Positions 41,678 to 53,071 of a stretch of DNA of 64,000 bases are shown one piece after another. The notes below the pieces were generated by a model. The model searched no databases, had not been told where the DNA came from, and saw nothing but the letters and a program-made list of their open reading frames with translations. This DNA is from an uncultured Methanomicrobiaceae archaeon. GTDB taxonomy: Archaea; Halobacteriota; Methanomicrobia; Methanomicrobiales; Methanoculleaceae. Location of the stretch: contig CAWGXH010000004.1 in the NCBI GenBank assembly GCA_963826525.1, positions 1,280,001-1,344,000 on the forward strand. Direction: 5' to 3'. Both the position numbers and the translations under genes were made by a program. Position 1 is the stretch's first letter, and each line of letters starts with the position of its first letter.

Positions 41678-44371
41678 ATGGACGATATGGTGAAGGTACT
41701 TCTGATCGAAGATGATCCCGCGGACGCCCGGTATATTCGGGAGAAACTCTGTGAAAGGGGCAGCCGGTTTGAGGTGGTGGAGTCTGGCAGGCTCGCGGCC
41801 GGACTTGCCGCGCTCTCCCGCGATGCGTTCGATCTTGTCCTGCTCGACCTGATGCTCCCGGACAGCGGAGGGGTTGAGACGTTTCTTTTGCTTCGGAACC
41901 ATGCTCCGGATATCCCGGTCATCGTTCTGTCAGGCCACGACGATGCGAATCTCGCCGCCCACACCGTGCAGAGCGGGGTTCTCGACTGCCTGGTAAAAGA
42001 GAGGATCGAGCCTGAGTTCCTGACCCGCTTTCTCCGGTATGCGCGGGAGCGGAAGCGACTCGAAGATACAGTGCGGCATCTGGAAGCGCAGCATCGGCAC
42101 TACCTCGATACCCTGCACGAAGGTGTCATCGCGATCGATCTTCGGGGCGGGATCACGTATCTCAATCCCCGCATGGCAGAGTTCCTCGGTTATGCCCCGG
42201 GAGATCTCGTCGGCAGCCCGGTCGCGGCGCTCGGTGAATGCCTCCGGAGTCTGAACGACAGGGAGAGCGGGATGTTCGAGGCGCCGCTGCTCCGCGGTGA
42301 CGGATCTTCCGTCTGTGTGCGCATCACCACATCTCCGGTCACCGATCTTACCGGGAAACGCCTCGGTACCCGTGCTGCTGTCTTCGAGATACCCGCCCGG
42401 AGCGGTGCCAAAGAGGTGCTCCGGGGGGGCGAAGAGCAGTATCGTCTTCTGGTGGACGGCCTGAACGAGGGGATCTGGGTCATCGACGAGGCGGCAACGA
42501 CGACGTTCGTCAATCCGCGGATGGTCGAGATACTTGGCTATCCAGAGCGCGCGATTATCGGGAGATCCGCTTTTGATTTTGTCGACGAGGCCAGCCGCCC
42601 GGTTATAGCCGGGTCCCTGCGCCGCCGCAGAGCGGGCCACCGGGAGCAGTACGAATGCACCCTTATCAGGAGCGACGGAGCCCGGCGGACGGCTCTCATC
42701 ACGGCAGCACCGCTGTTCGATGGCGACGGCCTTTTCCGGGGCTCTATTGCCGGGGTCACCGACATCACCGAACGCAAGAACGCCGAACAGCAGATGCGGG
42801 GTATGGAGAAGGCCATCGCCTCCTCCGTCAGTCCCATCGCGTTTGCCGATCTCGACGGGAACCTGACCTACGTCAATCCGGCGTTTCTCGAGCTCTGGGG
42901 ATACGCCTCGCCGGACGAGGTGGTCGGAAGGGCGCTCTCTTCCTTCTGGGAGGATGCATCCGAGGCGGAAGAGGTCTCGGAAGCCGTCTGGGGCGAGGGG
43001 CAGTGGACGGGCGAGCTCGTTGGGAGGCGGCGGGACGGCTCGATCTTCGATGCGCAGATCTCGTCGAACACCGTAACCGACGACTTCGGAGAGCCTATTA
43101 TCATCATGGTCTCGCTGATCGATATCTCCGAGCGGAAACGTGCCGAGCGAGAGATCCTCACGCGGAACAAACAACTCATGGTCTTAAACCGGATCATCGG
43201 CTCGTCCGCATCGTCGCTTTCGCTCTCCGAACTCCTCGAGACCGGGATGCGGCGTACGCTCGAATTGATGGAGTTTGACATCGGCATCGTTTATATGCTC
43301 GATGCCGAACGAAAGCGGGGACTTCTCCAGTATCAGGAGAACATCCCCGCCTCCGCCCTCTCCCGGCACCGGATCGTCAAGGTGCATCACTGGCCGTTCA
43401 ACTTTATCTTCATCGCAGGCCAGGCACGGTATATCGAGAGCAGCAAGGGTCTCAGTTCCATCGAGTCGGCGATCCTCGAGGATCTCGGGGCCGTATCGCT
43501 TGCCTGTATCCCGCTCGTCGCCGAATCCGTTGTTGTCGGAGCACTCTATCTCGGGAGCAAGACCGAACCTGCATTGTCGCCGGAAGAGAAGACGCTGCTT
43601 GAGGCGATAGGAAAGGAGATCGGTTCCGGCATCCTGAAGGGGATGCTCCATAAGCGTCTCGAGGCCGCGAACCGCGAGGCGAACCTCTACCTCGATATCA
43701 TGACCCACGATATCAGGAACGCTGAGAACGTCTCCACGCTGTACGCCGATCTTCTCATCGATATGCTCGAGGGCGAGGCCGCGCTGTACGCGAAGAAACT
43801 TCAGGGGAGCATCAGAAAGAGTATCGGGATCCTGCGGAGCGTCTCCACGATCCGCCGGATTCACCAGACCACGGCTGAGCTCCAGCCCGTCGACCTCGAC
43901 CGGGTGATCCGTGAAGAGCGTCTGGCCTTCCCCGGCGTTTCGATAGCCTATGAAGGATTACCCCGGGAGGTCTGGGCCGACGACCTCATCGCCGAGGTCT
44001 TCGGAAACCTGATCGGAAACAGCATCAAGTTCGGCGGGTCGGACGTCAAGATCGCCGTCCGCGTCGATGAGTACGATGGGGAGAGTCTGCTCGTCTCGAT
44101 TGAGGATACCGGCCCGGGAGTGCCTGATGCGGTCAAAGAGACGATATTCCACCGATTTGAACGGGGGAGAAGTCATGGCAGCGGTGAAGGGCTCGGTCTC
44201 TATATTGCAAAGACACTCATCGAGCGTTACGGTGGGAAGGTCTGGGTCGACGACAGAGTGGAGGAACGGCCCGACCTCGGAGCAGCCTTCCGGTTCACCC
44301 TGCAGGAGGTCATGCCTGCGGGTGACGATGAGACGGTGGACGATCCGTGCCCGCCTGAGGACGAGGAGTAG
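41678..44371 (+). CDS. Hybrid sensor histidine kinase REC-PAS-PAS-PAS-GAF-HisKA-HATPase
   Basis: LLIEDD / LLDLMLPD receiver; PAS x3; H-box DIMTHDIRN; NLIGNSIKF, DTGPG and GEGLGL. Confidence 0.93.
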   Translation: MDDMVKVLLIEDDPADARYIREKLCERGSRFEVVESGRLAAGLAALSRDAFDLVLLDLMLPDSGGVETFLLLRNHAPDIPVIVLSGHDDANLAAHTVQSGVLDCLVKERIEPEFLTRFLRYARERKRLEDTVRHLEAQHRHYLDTLHEGVIAIDLRGGITYLNPRMAEFLGYAPGDLVGSPVAALGECLRSLNDRESGMFEAPLLRGDGSSVCVRITTSPVTDLTGKRLGTRAAVFEIPARSGAKEVLRGGEEQYRLLVDGLNEGIWVIDEAATTTFVNPRMVEILGYPERAIIGRSAFDFVDEASRPVIAGSLRRRRAGHREQYECTLIRSDGARRTALITAAPLFDGDGLFRGSIAGVTDITERKNAEQQMRGMEKAIASSVSPIAFADLDGNLTYVNPAFLELWGYASPDEVVGRALSSFWEDASEAEEVSEAVWGEGQWTGELVGRRRDGSIFDAQISSNTVTDDFGEPIIIMVSLIDISERKRAEREILTRNKQLMVLNRIIGSSASSLSLSELLETGMRRTLELMEFDIGIVYMLDAERKRGLLQYQENIPASALSRHRIVKVHHWPFNFIFIAGQARYIESSKGLSSIESAILEDLGAVSLACIPLVAESVVVGALYLGSKTEPALSPEEKTLLEAIGKEIGSGILKGMLHKRLEAANREANLYLDIMTHDIRNAENVSTLYADLLIDMLEGEAALYAKKLQGSIRKSIGILRSVSTIRRIHQTTAELQPVDLDRVIREERLAFPGVSIAYEGLPREVWADDLIAEVFGNLIGNSIKFGGSDVKIAVRVDEYDGESLLVSIEDTGPGVPDAVKETIFHRFERGRSHGSGEGLGLYIAKTLIERYGGKVWVDDRVEERPDLGAAFRFTLQEVMPAGDDETVDDPCPPEDEE

Positions 44372-44720
44372 CGGCCAGAGGCTCCCCTGCTTCTCCGGTT
44401 CCCCAATCCCCCGGCAAAATGGGCGCGCAGGAAGAACTTCTCCTGTGAGACGAGATCCTCGGGCTTACCGGCGGGGTGGCGCAAAAGCACCTCTCTACGC
44501 GCTCGATCCAGTGGTACTGGATTTTTCCAATCCGATAAGGCTTATTAGTCCCTGCTAAATACTTTCTTTCCGAGCTGGTTCAGTGAGGATGAGTGGAGTC
44601 GGCCGAAGCGCACGCGAGCCCACCGGGCATCTCTCTGAAGGTTGCCGCGGCCCTGTTTTTTCCGTGACTATCCCGACAGAGAGAACAGGAGCAGAAGGGT
44701 CCGGGGGGGATATCTAGAGC

Positions 44721-47700
44721 ATGCAACGACTGGAGAAGGAGATCGAGGCTGCCCGGCGATGCCTTGACGATCTCGACCGGCAGGCCTGCATCTACCCGGA
44801 GCGGCCGGGTCTGCTGCTCGATATGATACACCATCTCTCCGCAGCGTTGAAGGAACTGTATCGCGAGCGGGAAGACCTGATGGCGGCAGGTGCGGATGCC
44901 GTCAGGGGAGAGAGGTATGCGGCTGATCTCTTCCCCCTCACCTCCGATGCGTGCCTCATAACCGATCCCGACGGCAGCATCCGGGAAGCAAACCCTGCGG
45001 CAGCAATCCTGCTCGGGTCTGCGCCCGGTGCGCTGATAGGCGAGCAGATCCGCCATTTCTTTCCCCCAGTGGATGCTGCATCGCTCGTTGCGCGGCATCG
45101 CCGGGTTCTGGCAGGCGAGGCTGTGCCTGCATGGGAACTCGATCTTCGGCAGGGGAGCGGCGGCCTGGCCGTCCTCGCAACAGTTACTCTCTGCGGTGAC
45201 GGCCGTGGATCTCCGGTCCGCCTGATCTGGCTCTTTCGGGATATCACCGGGGCGAAGGATCGCGATGCCGAACTCCGGATCAGAGATGCGGCTCTCGAAG
45301 CATCTACGGGTGCGGTGGTGATCGCCGGCGTTGACGGCAGGGTCATCTACGCAAACCGGGCGGCGTGCACGATCTGCGGATGCCTCCGTCCGGAGGATAT
45401 TATCGGAGAGCGGATCTCCCGGTTCCTTGGAGACGGCGATTGTACCGCGGCATTTCGGGATGGTCTCCTCCGGGATGGTATGTGGCAGGGGGAGGTAACC
45501 GGCCGGAGGCGGGACGGTTCGGAGTATATTCTGCAGTTATCGGCCAAGGTTGTCACCGGTGAGGCCGACACTCCCTCATATCTCGTCGTTTCCTGCACGG
45601 ATGCCGCCGGAGAGCGGAATGCCCGGGCACGCCTCTGCTCCTCCGGGAACCTCTGCCGGGCACTTCTTGAGATCTCGGGATCTGCGATGCTGATCGTCGA
45701 GGAGGACGGTACGATCGCTGCAGCGAATGCAGAGTGCGAGCGCCGCTTCGGCTTTGCCCGGCGCGACCTTGAGGGCTGCATACTCTGGAAACGTCTCTTC
45801 TCCGGGAGTAACCGGGACGTTATCTGCGAATACCTTCGGCTTTGCAGGGAAAATCCCGCATACGCTCCGCGGAACTACTCCGTCCCGCTCATCGACGTCG
45901 AGGGACCTGCCGTGACGTCGTCCTCTCCGTAGCGGCGATACCGGGGATGCAGCGCTACATCGTCTCGCTGGTTGATACGACCGAGACGAGGCGGCTCGAG
46001 GCGGCGCTGAAGGCAAGCGAGGAGAAGTTTCGGGAGATCGTCCAGCGCAGTTTCGACGTGCTCTTCACCTGCAACGGGGCATGCGTGCTGACCTACGTCT
46101 CGCCGGCGATCGAGCGGATCACCGGGTACACCCCGGAAGACCTGATCGGGCACTCTTTCGAAGAGCTCGATCATGCCCTCCTCGAAGAGGAGCCTCGAGG
46201 ATGCAGAGAGGACTCTCAAGCGCGGGCTGCCGGTCGAAGGTCTCGCCCTCACGATCGTCCGAAGGGATGGCATGCCCTGCGTCATCGAGATCAATGCCTC
46301 TCCCACCGGCAGCGGGGGGGTGATGGCCGGCGTTCAGGGTATCTGCAGGGATATCACGGATCGCATGCGTGCGGAGGCGGAACTCAAGATCAAGGAGATG
46401 GCCATAGCATCCTCCGTCAGCGCCATCCTGCTCCTCGACCTCGAAGGGGTGGTCGAATATGTCAACCCGGCATTCTTACGCCTCTGGGGATACGATTCGG
46501 GAGACGAGGTGCTCGACCGGCCGGTAGTTACGTTCTGGCAGCCCGAGCAGAGGGTGGAACAGGTCTTCTCCGCGCTCCGGCGGGACGGCACCTGGGTTGG
46601 GGAGATAGCGGGACTCCGGAAGGACGGATCACCCTTCGATGCGCAGATGTCGGCGAATGTCGTGACCGACGAGTACGGAAACTCCCTCTGCTTCGTCGGG
46701 TATGTCGTCGATATCTCCGACCGCAAAAGGGTCGAAGAGGCGCTTCGCTCCCGTAATAAGCAACTCTATGCACTTAACCAGATCATCGGCGCCTCATCGC
46801 AGTCATCCTCGATTCAGGAGATTCTGGAGAGCGCCCTTGCAAAGACGATGGATCTGCTCGGCTTTGATGTCGGTATCGCCTACCTCACGGATGAAGATCG
46901 AAAGAAGGGGTATGTCGCGTGCAGCCGGGGCGTCCCCGCGCCGTTCCTTGCGGCCAATCGCGTCATACGGATCCATCACTGGCCGTTCAACTACGTCTTC
47001 GTCGCCGGCCAGCCTCGGTACCTCATGAAGGAGGCGAGACTTGACCCCGGTTCGACGGAACGGGTGCTGCTGCGGGAGCTCGGGGTTTCGTCGCTCGCCT
47101 GTATCCCCCTCGTTGCAGAGTCGGTGATCGTGGGGGGACTCTACATCGGCAGCAGGTGTGGGGAAGCACTGCCGCGGGAAAAAAGGATCCTCCTCGAGAC
47201 TATCGGGCGTGAGGTGGGCTCCGGAATCCTGAAAGGGGTGCTCCATAAGCGTCTCGAGGCCGCGAACCGAGAGGCGAACCTCTACCTCGACATCATGACC
47301 CACGATATCAGGAACGCCGGGAACGTCGCCAGCCTGTACTGCGATATCCTGAGCGATGCGCTCGAAGGGGAGATGGGGCTCTACGTGAAGAGGCTGCGGG
47401 GGAGCATCAGCAAGAGTATCGGAATTTTAGCCAACGTCTCGACGATCCGCCGTCTCCATCAGGAGGAAGTCGATGTAAAGCCGGTGCATCTCGACTCCGT
47501 CATCAGAGAGGAGTTGAGCCAGTTTCCCGATCTGCGGTTCGTCTACGAGGGCTCTTCGGTCTATGTCGAGGCGGACGATCTCCTGCCGGAGGTCTTCACC
47601 AATCTGATCGGCAATAGCGTCAAGTTCGGAGGGCAGGATGTTGAGGTTCGTATCCTGGTGGAGGAGGAGGACGAGAACGTCCTCGTCACGATCGAGGATA

Positions 47701-47966
47701 CCGGCCCGGGGATACAGGACGATCTGAAACAATCCATCTTCCATCGATTCGAGCGCGGGAAGAATCCGGCGAGCGGTGAGGGTCTCGGCCTCTATATCTC
47801 CCGGATGCTCATCGAGCGGTACGGTGGGAGAATCCTCGTCCGGGATCGGGTGGAGAAGCAGCCCGAAGCGGGGGCGGCATTCTATTTCTCTCTGCGAAAA
47901 GCGGGTATGCCCGACGGAGAGGGGCCGTTTGTCGGACAATACGATTTAATCTCAAAAGATTTATAA
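44721..47966 (+). CDS. Multi-PAS-GAF sensor histidine kinase; frameshifts near 45905 and 46168
   Basis: About five PAS domains over ORFs 44721, 45842 and 46173; DIMTHDIRN, DTGPG and GEGLGL. Confidence 0.9.
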
Positions 47967-47989
47967 ATTCTAGTCGCTTTATTGATTTC

Positions 47990-48475
47990 GTGAGCATTCC
48001 CTTCGTTAATATTGTCAAGTTCATCGTCGCGATAGCCGTATGCCAGGCTGCCGGCCTCATCGGGACGATATTCACCATTCCGGCGATTCCGACATGGTAT
48101 GCCGCACTTGAGAAACCCGCCCTCACGCCGCCGTCGTTCCTCTTCGGTCCGGTCTGGACGGTTCTCTTCTTCCTGATGGGTATCGCGCTCTACCTGGTCT
48201 GGCTGCGGGGATGGGAGCGAAAAGACGTGAAGCTCGCAGTCTCGATTTTCGGTATCCAGCTCGTCCTCAATGTCCTCTGGTCGTACTTCTTCTTCGGACT
48301 TCAGATGCCCTTCTTTGCCCTGATCGAGATCATCATCCTCTGGGTTGCGATCGCATTCTCGATATGGAGTTTTGCCAAGGTCTCCGTACCTGCGGCGCTT
48401 CTGCTCCTTCCCTATATTCTCTGGGTGAGTTTTGCCGCCTACCTTAACTACGGTATTTCCGTTCTCAACCCGTAG
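47990..48475 (+). CDS. tspO: TspO/MBR tryptophan-rich sensory protein
   Basis: WYAALEKPALTPP..LFGPVWT, QLVLNVLWS and PYILWVSFA. Confidence 0.93.
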   Translation: MSIPFVNIVKFIVAIAVCQAAGLIGTIFTIPAIPTWYAALEKPALTPPSFLFGPVWTVLFFLMGIALYLVWLRGWERKDVKLAVSIFGIQLVLNVLWSYFFFGLQMPFFALIEIIILWVAIAFSIWSFAKVSVPAALLLLPYILWVSFAAYLNYGISVLNP

Positions 48476-48856
48476 AGGCGGGGAGAGGGTCGCGGGTGGT
48501 TGCCCACCCGTTCATGATCTCCCGGCTCCTTCATGGCACACACTTCTCCGATCCCACCATACCGGGAACGCCACAGACCCTTTTGATCGCCCGATCACGA
48601 CTCCTTACATATCGGCGGGTACCTCTGTGAAACCGTTGCAGCGCCTCTCCGGTGGAAGACGCATGGTGGGCGACCTCGGCGGTTATTCAACGGCATCCTG
48701 TATGTCCTGATACTCGGGTACGTCCGGCAGAATGAACGGAAAAATGCAGGGCGAAAGTGACGGTATGTCGGCACGACCTCGAACTCCGGGAGAAGAGAGT
48801 CTGCCTGGGGATCTTCCCCGACCGTCTCCGATCGGGGTCTTGAGGCCGGGGACGCC

Positions 48857-49459
48857 TCATTCCGTATCGATCTGCCGCCAGGTGTGGGCGAACCGCTGCA
48901 GTGCCGTGTAGTGCCCGAAGATGCCGAAGATGACGAGGAGCCAGCCGAGATAATTGAGGCCGAAGATGGCTCCTGGTATCATGATGGTCAGGATACCGGC
49001 GAGGATGATCAGAACCAGGCGGTCTGCCCTCCCGAGCAGCCCTCCGTAGTACCGGCCGACACCGACCGCCTGCGCCTGGGTTCCGAGGTACGACGACATC
49101 AGAACACCGGTCAGTGCGAAGACGCCGATCTGCCAGGATGCCGCACCCCCGGCGAAGATGCCGGTGATGATGAAGATATCGGCATATCGGTCGATGACGT
49201 GGTCGAGGAAATCGCCGCGGAGACCGGCTGTCCCGAGATCCCGGGCGAGGGCACCGTCGAGCGCATCGAAGAGGGCGTTGAGCCCGACCATCAGAACGCC
49301 GAGGGCGATGCCGCCTGCCCAGAACGCGGCGCCGGCAGCAGCCGAGAAGGCCAGGGATGCGACGGTATAAGTATTCGGAGTCAGCCCGAGCTTCTTTGAT
49401 ATCTTCACCATGGGCTGAAAGATGCCCTGCACCATCGGTCGAAACTGATCGAGCGTCAT
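48857..49459 (-). CDS. CDP-alcohol phosphatidyltransferase (archaetidylinositol-phosphate synthase-like)
   Basis: DALDGALAR...GDFLDHVIDRYAD. Confidence 0.9.
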   Translation of the reverse strand: MTLDQFRPMVQGIFQPMVKISKKLGLTPNTYTVASLAFSAAAGAAFWAGGIALGVLMVGLNALFDALDGALARDLGTAGLRGDFLDHVIDRYADIFIITGIFAGGAASWQIGVFALTGVLMSSYLGTQAQAVGVGRYYGGLLGRADRLVLIILAGILTIMIPGAIFGLNYLGWLLVIFGIFGHYTALQRFAHTWRQIDTE

Positions 49460-49968
49460 AAGCCGGTATCCAGATAGGGAGTCCAGTCGATGTTCCCGTA
49501 GGATGGTGGCAGTTTTCCTTTCATAAACTGCTCGATTTTATCCGCACACTCCTCTACCGACTGCTCCGTCGTATCGAGCTCGTAGATGGTATCTTCGGGG
49601 CGCTCTTCGAGCGTCTCTATCAGGATGACGTCGAGGGCTTCCGCTTCGGCGTTTTCACGGATCTTCTCGAGGCCGTAGCCCCGGGGTGAGAGCCGTGCGG
49701 CAAGAATATCCGGGCGGCACCGGAGCACGACGATCCGGTCGCACGGGAGGAAGTGGGCAAGGTGCCCTTCGACGATCCCGTCGACCGCGGGAAACTTCTC
49801 TGCCCAGCGTTCGACGTCGACGACGAGCGTGTCCCGCTCCCTATCTTCTTCGAGGATGTACTCTTCGATAGTCTCCCCGATCCGGACGACGTGGTGCCCG
49901 CGCCGCAGAAGTTCGTGGGCGATCGCTGATTTTCCCGTGCCGGGCGTCCCGGTGATGCCGACCATCAT
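49456..49968 (-). CDS. Adenylate kinase, AK6/Fap7 family
   Basis: ITGTPGTGKS, VEGH and RGY...KIRENAEAE. Confidence 0.88.
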   Translation of the reverse strand: MMVGITGTPGTGKSAIAHELLRRGHHVVRIGETIEEYILEEDRERDTLVVDVERWAEKFPAVDGIVEGHLAHFLPCDRIVVLRCRPDILAARLSPRGYGLEKIRENAEAEALDVILIETLEERPEDTIYELDTTEQSVEECADKIEQFMKGKLPPSYGNIDWTPYLDTGL

Positions 49969-51020
49969 AGTGATCCTATCGCCTCGAGGAATCGATTGTT
50001 TTCCCAGTCGTCACCGATGCTGACGCGGATATAGTGATCGCCGAGCCCCGGGAAGCTCGTGCACGACCGGGCGAGCACACCCTTCGCCGCGAGGAGGTCG
50101 ACGACCTCGTCACCCGTATGGGGGGCGACGTCCAGCATGACGAAGTTCGCGTCCGAGGGCAGAGCCGGAAACGGTGTCTCTGCAAGGAAACGCTTCCGCC
50201 ACCGGCAGACGTGGTCGCAGGTTGCCGTGACATGCCCGCTATCGGCGAGCGCTCCGATCGCCGCTGCCGCCGAGACGGCGTTGAGTGCGAACGGTGTTGC
50301 CGCCCGCAGGTAGAACGGCTCGAACCACGCCGGCACGAAGGCATAGCCGACCCGGAGGCCGGCAAGCGAGAACATTTTGGACATCGTCCTGCCGAGGATG
50401 AGGTTATCGTATTCCTGCATGAGCGGCCGGTAATCTATCCCGGAGAAATCGACGTAGGCGTTGTCGAGGAAGAGCATGCCGTCGATCGCATCGAGGATCT
50501 CCCGCACCGCCGGAGGCGGCGTCACCGTTCCGGTCGGATTGTTCGGCGAGCAGAGGAACGCTAGTTTTGCGCCCCGGCAGGCATCGGTGAATGTGCTGGT
50601 ATCCACTGAGAAGTCGGCGTTCCGGGGCACGTTCTGGACGACGGCGCCGTGCGCGCCGGCCGCAATGGCGTAAAAAGAGAAGGTGGGCGACGCAACGACC
50701 ACCCGTTCGCCGGGCTCGACGATCGTCCTGATGACGGTCTCGATGACGCCGTCCATCCCGGAGCCGGTCACGAATCGGAAATCCCCGTGATAGCGGCGGA
50801 GTGCCTCACAGAGAGCGTCCATCCGCTCGTCAGGATACCGGTTTCCGCCCCGGAGGGCCGCATGAGCCGCCTCGATGGCGAGGGAAGAGGGGGGGCGGGG
50901 GTTTTCGTTGCTTGCGAGCCGGGCAATCCGGTCAAACCCGTGCTCCCGTGCGACCTCGTCCGCCTTTCTGGCGTACGAGTATCCCTGCCGGGAGAAGCGC
51001 GCCCTAATCAAGTGCTGCAT
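49965..51020 (-). CDS. hisC: Histidinol-phosphate aminotransferase
   Basis: LASNENP, CSPNNPTG, DNAY and RTMSKMFSLAGLRVGY. Confidence 0.92.
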   Translation of the reverse strand: MQHLIRARFSRQGYSYARKADEVAREHGFDRIARLASNENPRPPSSLAIEAAHAALRGGNRYPDERMDALCEALRRYHGDFRFVTGSGMDGVIETVIRTIVEPGERVVVASPTFSFYAIAAGAHGAVVQNVPRNADFSVDTSTFTDACRGAKLAFLCSPNNPTGTVTPPPAVREILDAIDGMLFLDNAYVDFSGIDYRPLMQEYDNLILGRTMSKMFSLAGLRVGYAFVPAWFEPFYLRAATPFALNAVSAAAAIGALADSGHVTATCDHVCRWRKRFLAETPFPALPSDANFVMLDVAPHTGDEVVDLLAAKGVLARSCTSFPGLGDHYIRVSIGDDWENNRFLEAIGSL

Positions 51021-52131
51021 TCAGGACTCCGATCACGCGGTCGATCTCGTCGTCGGTGATGACGAGCGGCGGGACCAGACGGAGGTTGCCGTCGGCGGCG
51101 CAGTTGACGAGGACACCTTCGGCCGCACACCGCTGCTGAACCTCCGGGCAGCGTTCGCCGACGGTGATACCGATCATCAGCCCGCGAACACGCGGGTTGT
51201 GGGAGCTGAGCCCCTGGCGGAACCGCTCGCCCCTCCGTGGGATATCCGCGAGGATCTCTTCGACGACACCGAGTGTGGCGAGCGCCGCGGCGCAGGCGAG
51301 CGGCCCGCCCGCAAAGGTGCTCCCGTGCTCGCTCTTCTGGAACTCGAGCCCCTCGCGGGCAACGAGCGCGCCGATGGGAAACCCGCTCGCAAGCCCCTTC
51401 GCAAGGGTGACGATGTCAGGCGTAACCCCGGTGTGCTGGATGCCGAGCCATTTTCCTGTCCTGCCGATACCGGTCTGGACCTCGTCGACGATCATCAGCG
51501 CGCCGGTATCGTCGCAGATCTCCCGGATGCCTTTAAAGAAACTGTCGGGCGGGATGATGACGCCGGCTTCGCCCTGGATCGGCTCGACGAAGATGCCCGC
51601 GGTGGTGCCGTCCACCGCCTCCATGACACCGTCGAGGTCGCCGTACTCGACGAAGGTGCAGGCCGGTTCGAGCGGCGCGAACGGCTCGCGGATCGCCGGC
51701 TTGTGGGTGACGGCGAGCGACCCGCACGTCCGGCCGTGGAACCCGTGGATGAACGCGACGAACGTCTTCTTCCCCGTCCTGACCCGGGCGAGCTTGATGG
51801 CTCCTTCGTTCGCCTCGGCTCCGGAGTTTGAAAAGAACGCCTTACCTAACCCTGTGATCGCTACGAGTTTCTCTGCAAGTTCGGCCTGATTCGGGACGTA
51901 GTAGAGGTTCGAGCAGTGGATGAGTTCTCCTGCCTGCCTCCGGATAGCGTCCACTACTGCTGGGTGGCAGTGGCCGGTGCTGCAGACCGCTATCCCTGCC
52001 ACACAGTCGATGTACTCGTTTCCCGCATCGTCCCAGACGTGCGAACCCCGGCCGCGGACGATCTTCATCGTCCTGCCGAAAGCCGGCATGTAGTATTTTG
52101 CATCAAGAGCCCGTGTATCCGTATCTTCCAT
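51004..52131 (-). CDS. argD: Acetylornithine aminotransferase
   Basis: NSGAEANE, FHGRT, EPIQGE, DEVQTG, AKGL and HGSTF. Confidence 0.93.
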   Translation of the reverse strand: MEDTDTRALDAKYYMPAFGRTMKIVRGRGSHVWDDAGNEYIDCVAGIAVCSTGHCHPAVVDAIRRQAGELIHCSNLYYVPNQAELAEKLVAITGLGKAFFSNSGAEANEGAIKLARVRTGKKTFVAFIHGFHGRTCGSLAVTHKPAIREPFAPLEPACTFVEYGDLDGVMEAVDGTTAGIFVEPIQGEAGVIIPPDSFFKGIREICDDTGALMIVDEVQTGIGRTGKWLGIQHTGVTPDIVTLAKGLASGFPIGALVAREGLEFQKSEHGSTFAGGPLACAAALATLGVVEEILADIPRRGERFRQGLSSHNPRVRGLMIGITVGERCPEVQQRCAAEGVLVNCAADGNLRLVPPLVITDDEIDRVIGVLNAALD

Positions 52132-52141
52132 CTCGACCGCC

Positions 52142-53071
52142 TCACTCGTACTCGATCGTCGCCGGGGGTTTCGGCGTCACGTCGTAGACGACGCGGGCGA
52201 CACCCGGGATCTCGGAGGTTATCCGCGATGCCATGCTCGTGAGCACTTCGTACGGGAGGAGGAGCGGGTCGGCAGTCATCCCGTCGCGCGAGAAGACCGC
52301 ACGGACGGCGACGATCCAGCCGTGGAGCCGGACGTCCCCTTTCACGCCGGTTCCCTGCCCGACGAGTGCGGCGAAGCACTGCCAGGGGCGGAACTCCTCG
52401 ACCAGGTACTCCTCGACGATGGCGTTCGCCTCCCGGACTATGTCGACCTTCTCGCGGGTAACCTCGCCGATGATCCGCACAGCGAGTCCCGGGCCCGGGA
52501 ATGGCATCCGGTGCTGGATCTCGGGCGGGAGGTCAAGTCCGCCTGCCACCTCGCGCACCTCATCTTTGTAGAGGTCTGCTATCGGTTCGATGACCGACTT
52601 GAACTCCATATGAAGGGGCATTCCGCCGACGTTGTGGTGGCTCTTGATGCCGCCCTCGCTCTCGATCCGGTCGGGGTAGATGGTTCCCTGCAGGAGGTGG
52701 GATGCACCCGTCCGCCTCGCTTCGCGCTCGAAGACCCGAACGAACATCTCTCCGATGGCCTTTCGCTTCTCCTCGGGGTCGGTGAGCCCGACAAGGACGG
52801 CGAAGAACTCGTCCGCGGCATCGACGATGTGGAGGTTCAAGTCCCCAAAGAGCGTCCGGATCCGGTCGGTCTCGCCCTTGCGCATGAGACCGGTATCCAC
52901 GTAGATTGGCACGAGCCGGTCGCCTATGGCGCGTGCTGCGAGCGCAGCGCAGACCGAACTGTCGACGCCTCCCGAGAGCGCCATGACGACCTTGTCGTCG
53001 CCCGCCTCTTTCTGTATCCGGGATATTGCTTTTTCGATAAATTTCTCGACGTTGACCATTGCTTCATTCAC
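52142..53071 (-). CDS. guaAB: GMP synthase subunit B (ATP pyrophosphatase)
   Basis: SGGVDS, QGTIYPD, IKSHHNV, PFPGPGL and KPPATIEYE. Confidence 0.95.
   Translation of the reverse strand: MNEAMVNVEKFIEKAISRIQKEAGDDKVVMALSGGVDSSVCAALAARAIGDRLVPIYVDTGLMRKGETDRIRTLFGDLNLHIVDAADEFFAVLVGLTDPEEKRKAIGEMFVRVFEREARRTGASHLLQGTIYPDRIESEGGIKSHHNVGGMPLHMEFKSVIEPIADLYKDEVREVAGGLDLPPEIQHRMPFPGPGLAVRIIGEVTREKVDIVREANAIVEEYLVEEFRPWQCFAALVGQGTGVKGDVRLHGWIVAVRAVFSRDGMTADPLLLPYEVLTSMASRITSEIPGVARVVYDVTPKPPATIEYE

Noticed and set aside
48476-48856. Long intergenic gaps (also 41184-41677, 44372-44720, 57900-58320, 10020-10500) as hidden RNA genes
   Set aside because: I could not identify tRNA, SRP, RNase P or C/D-box signatures by eye; an Infernal/Rfam scan would be needed.
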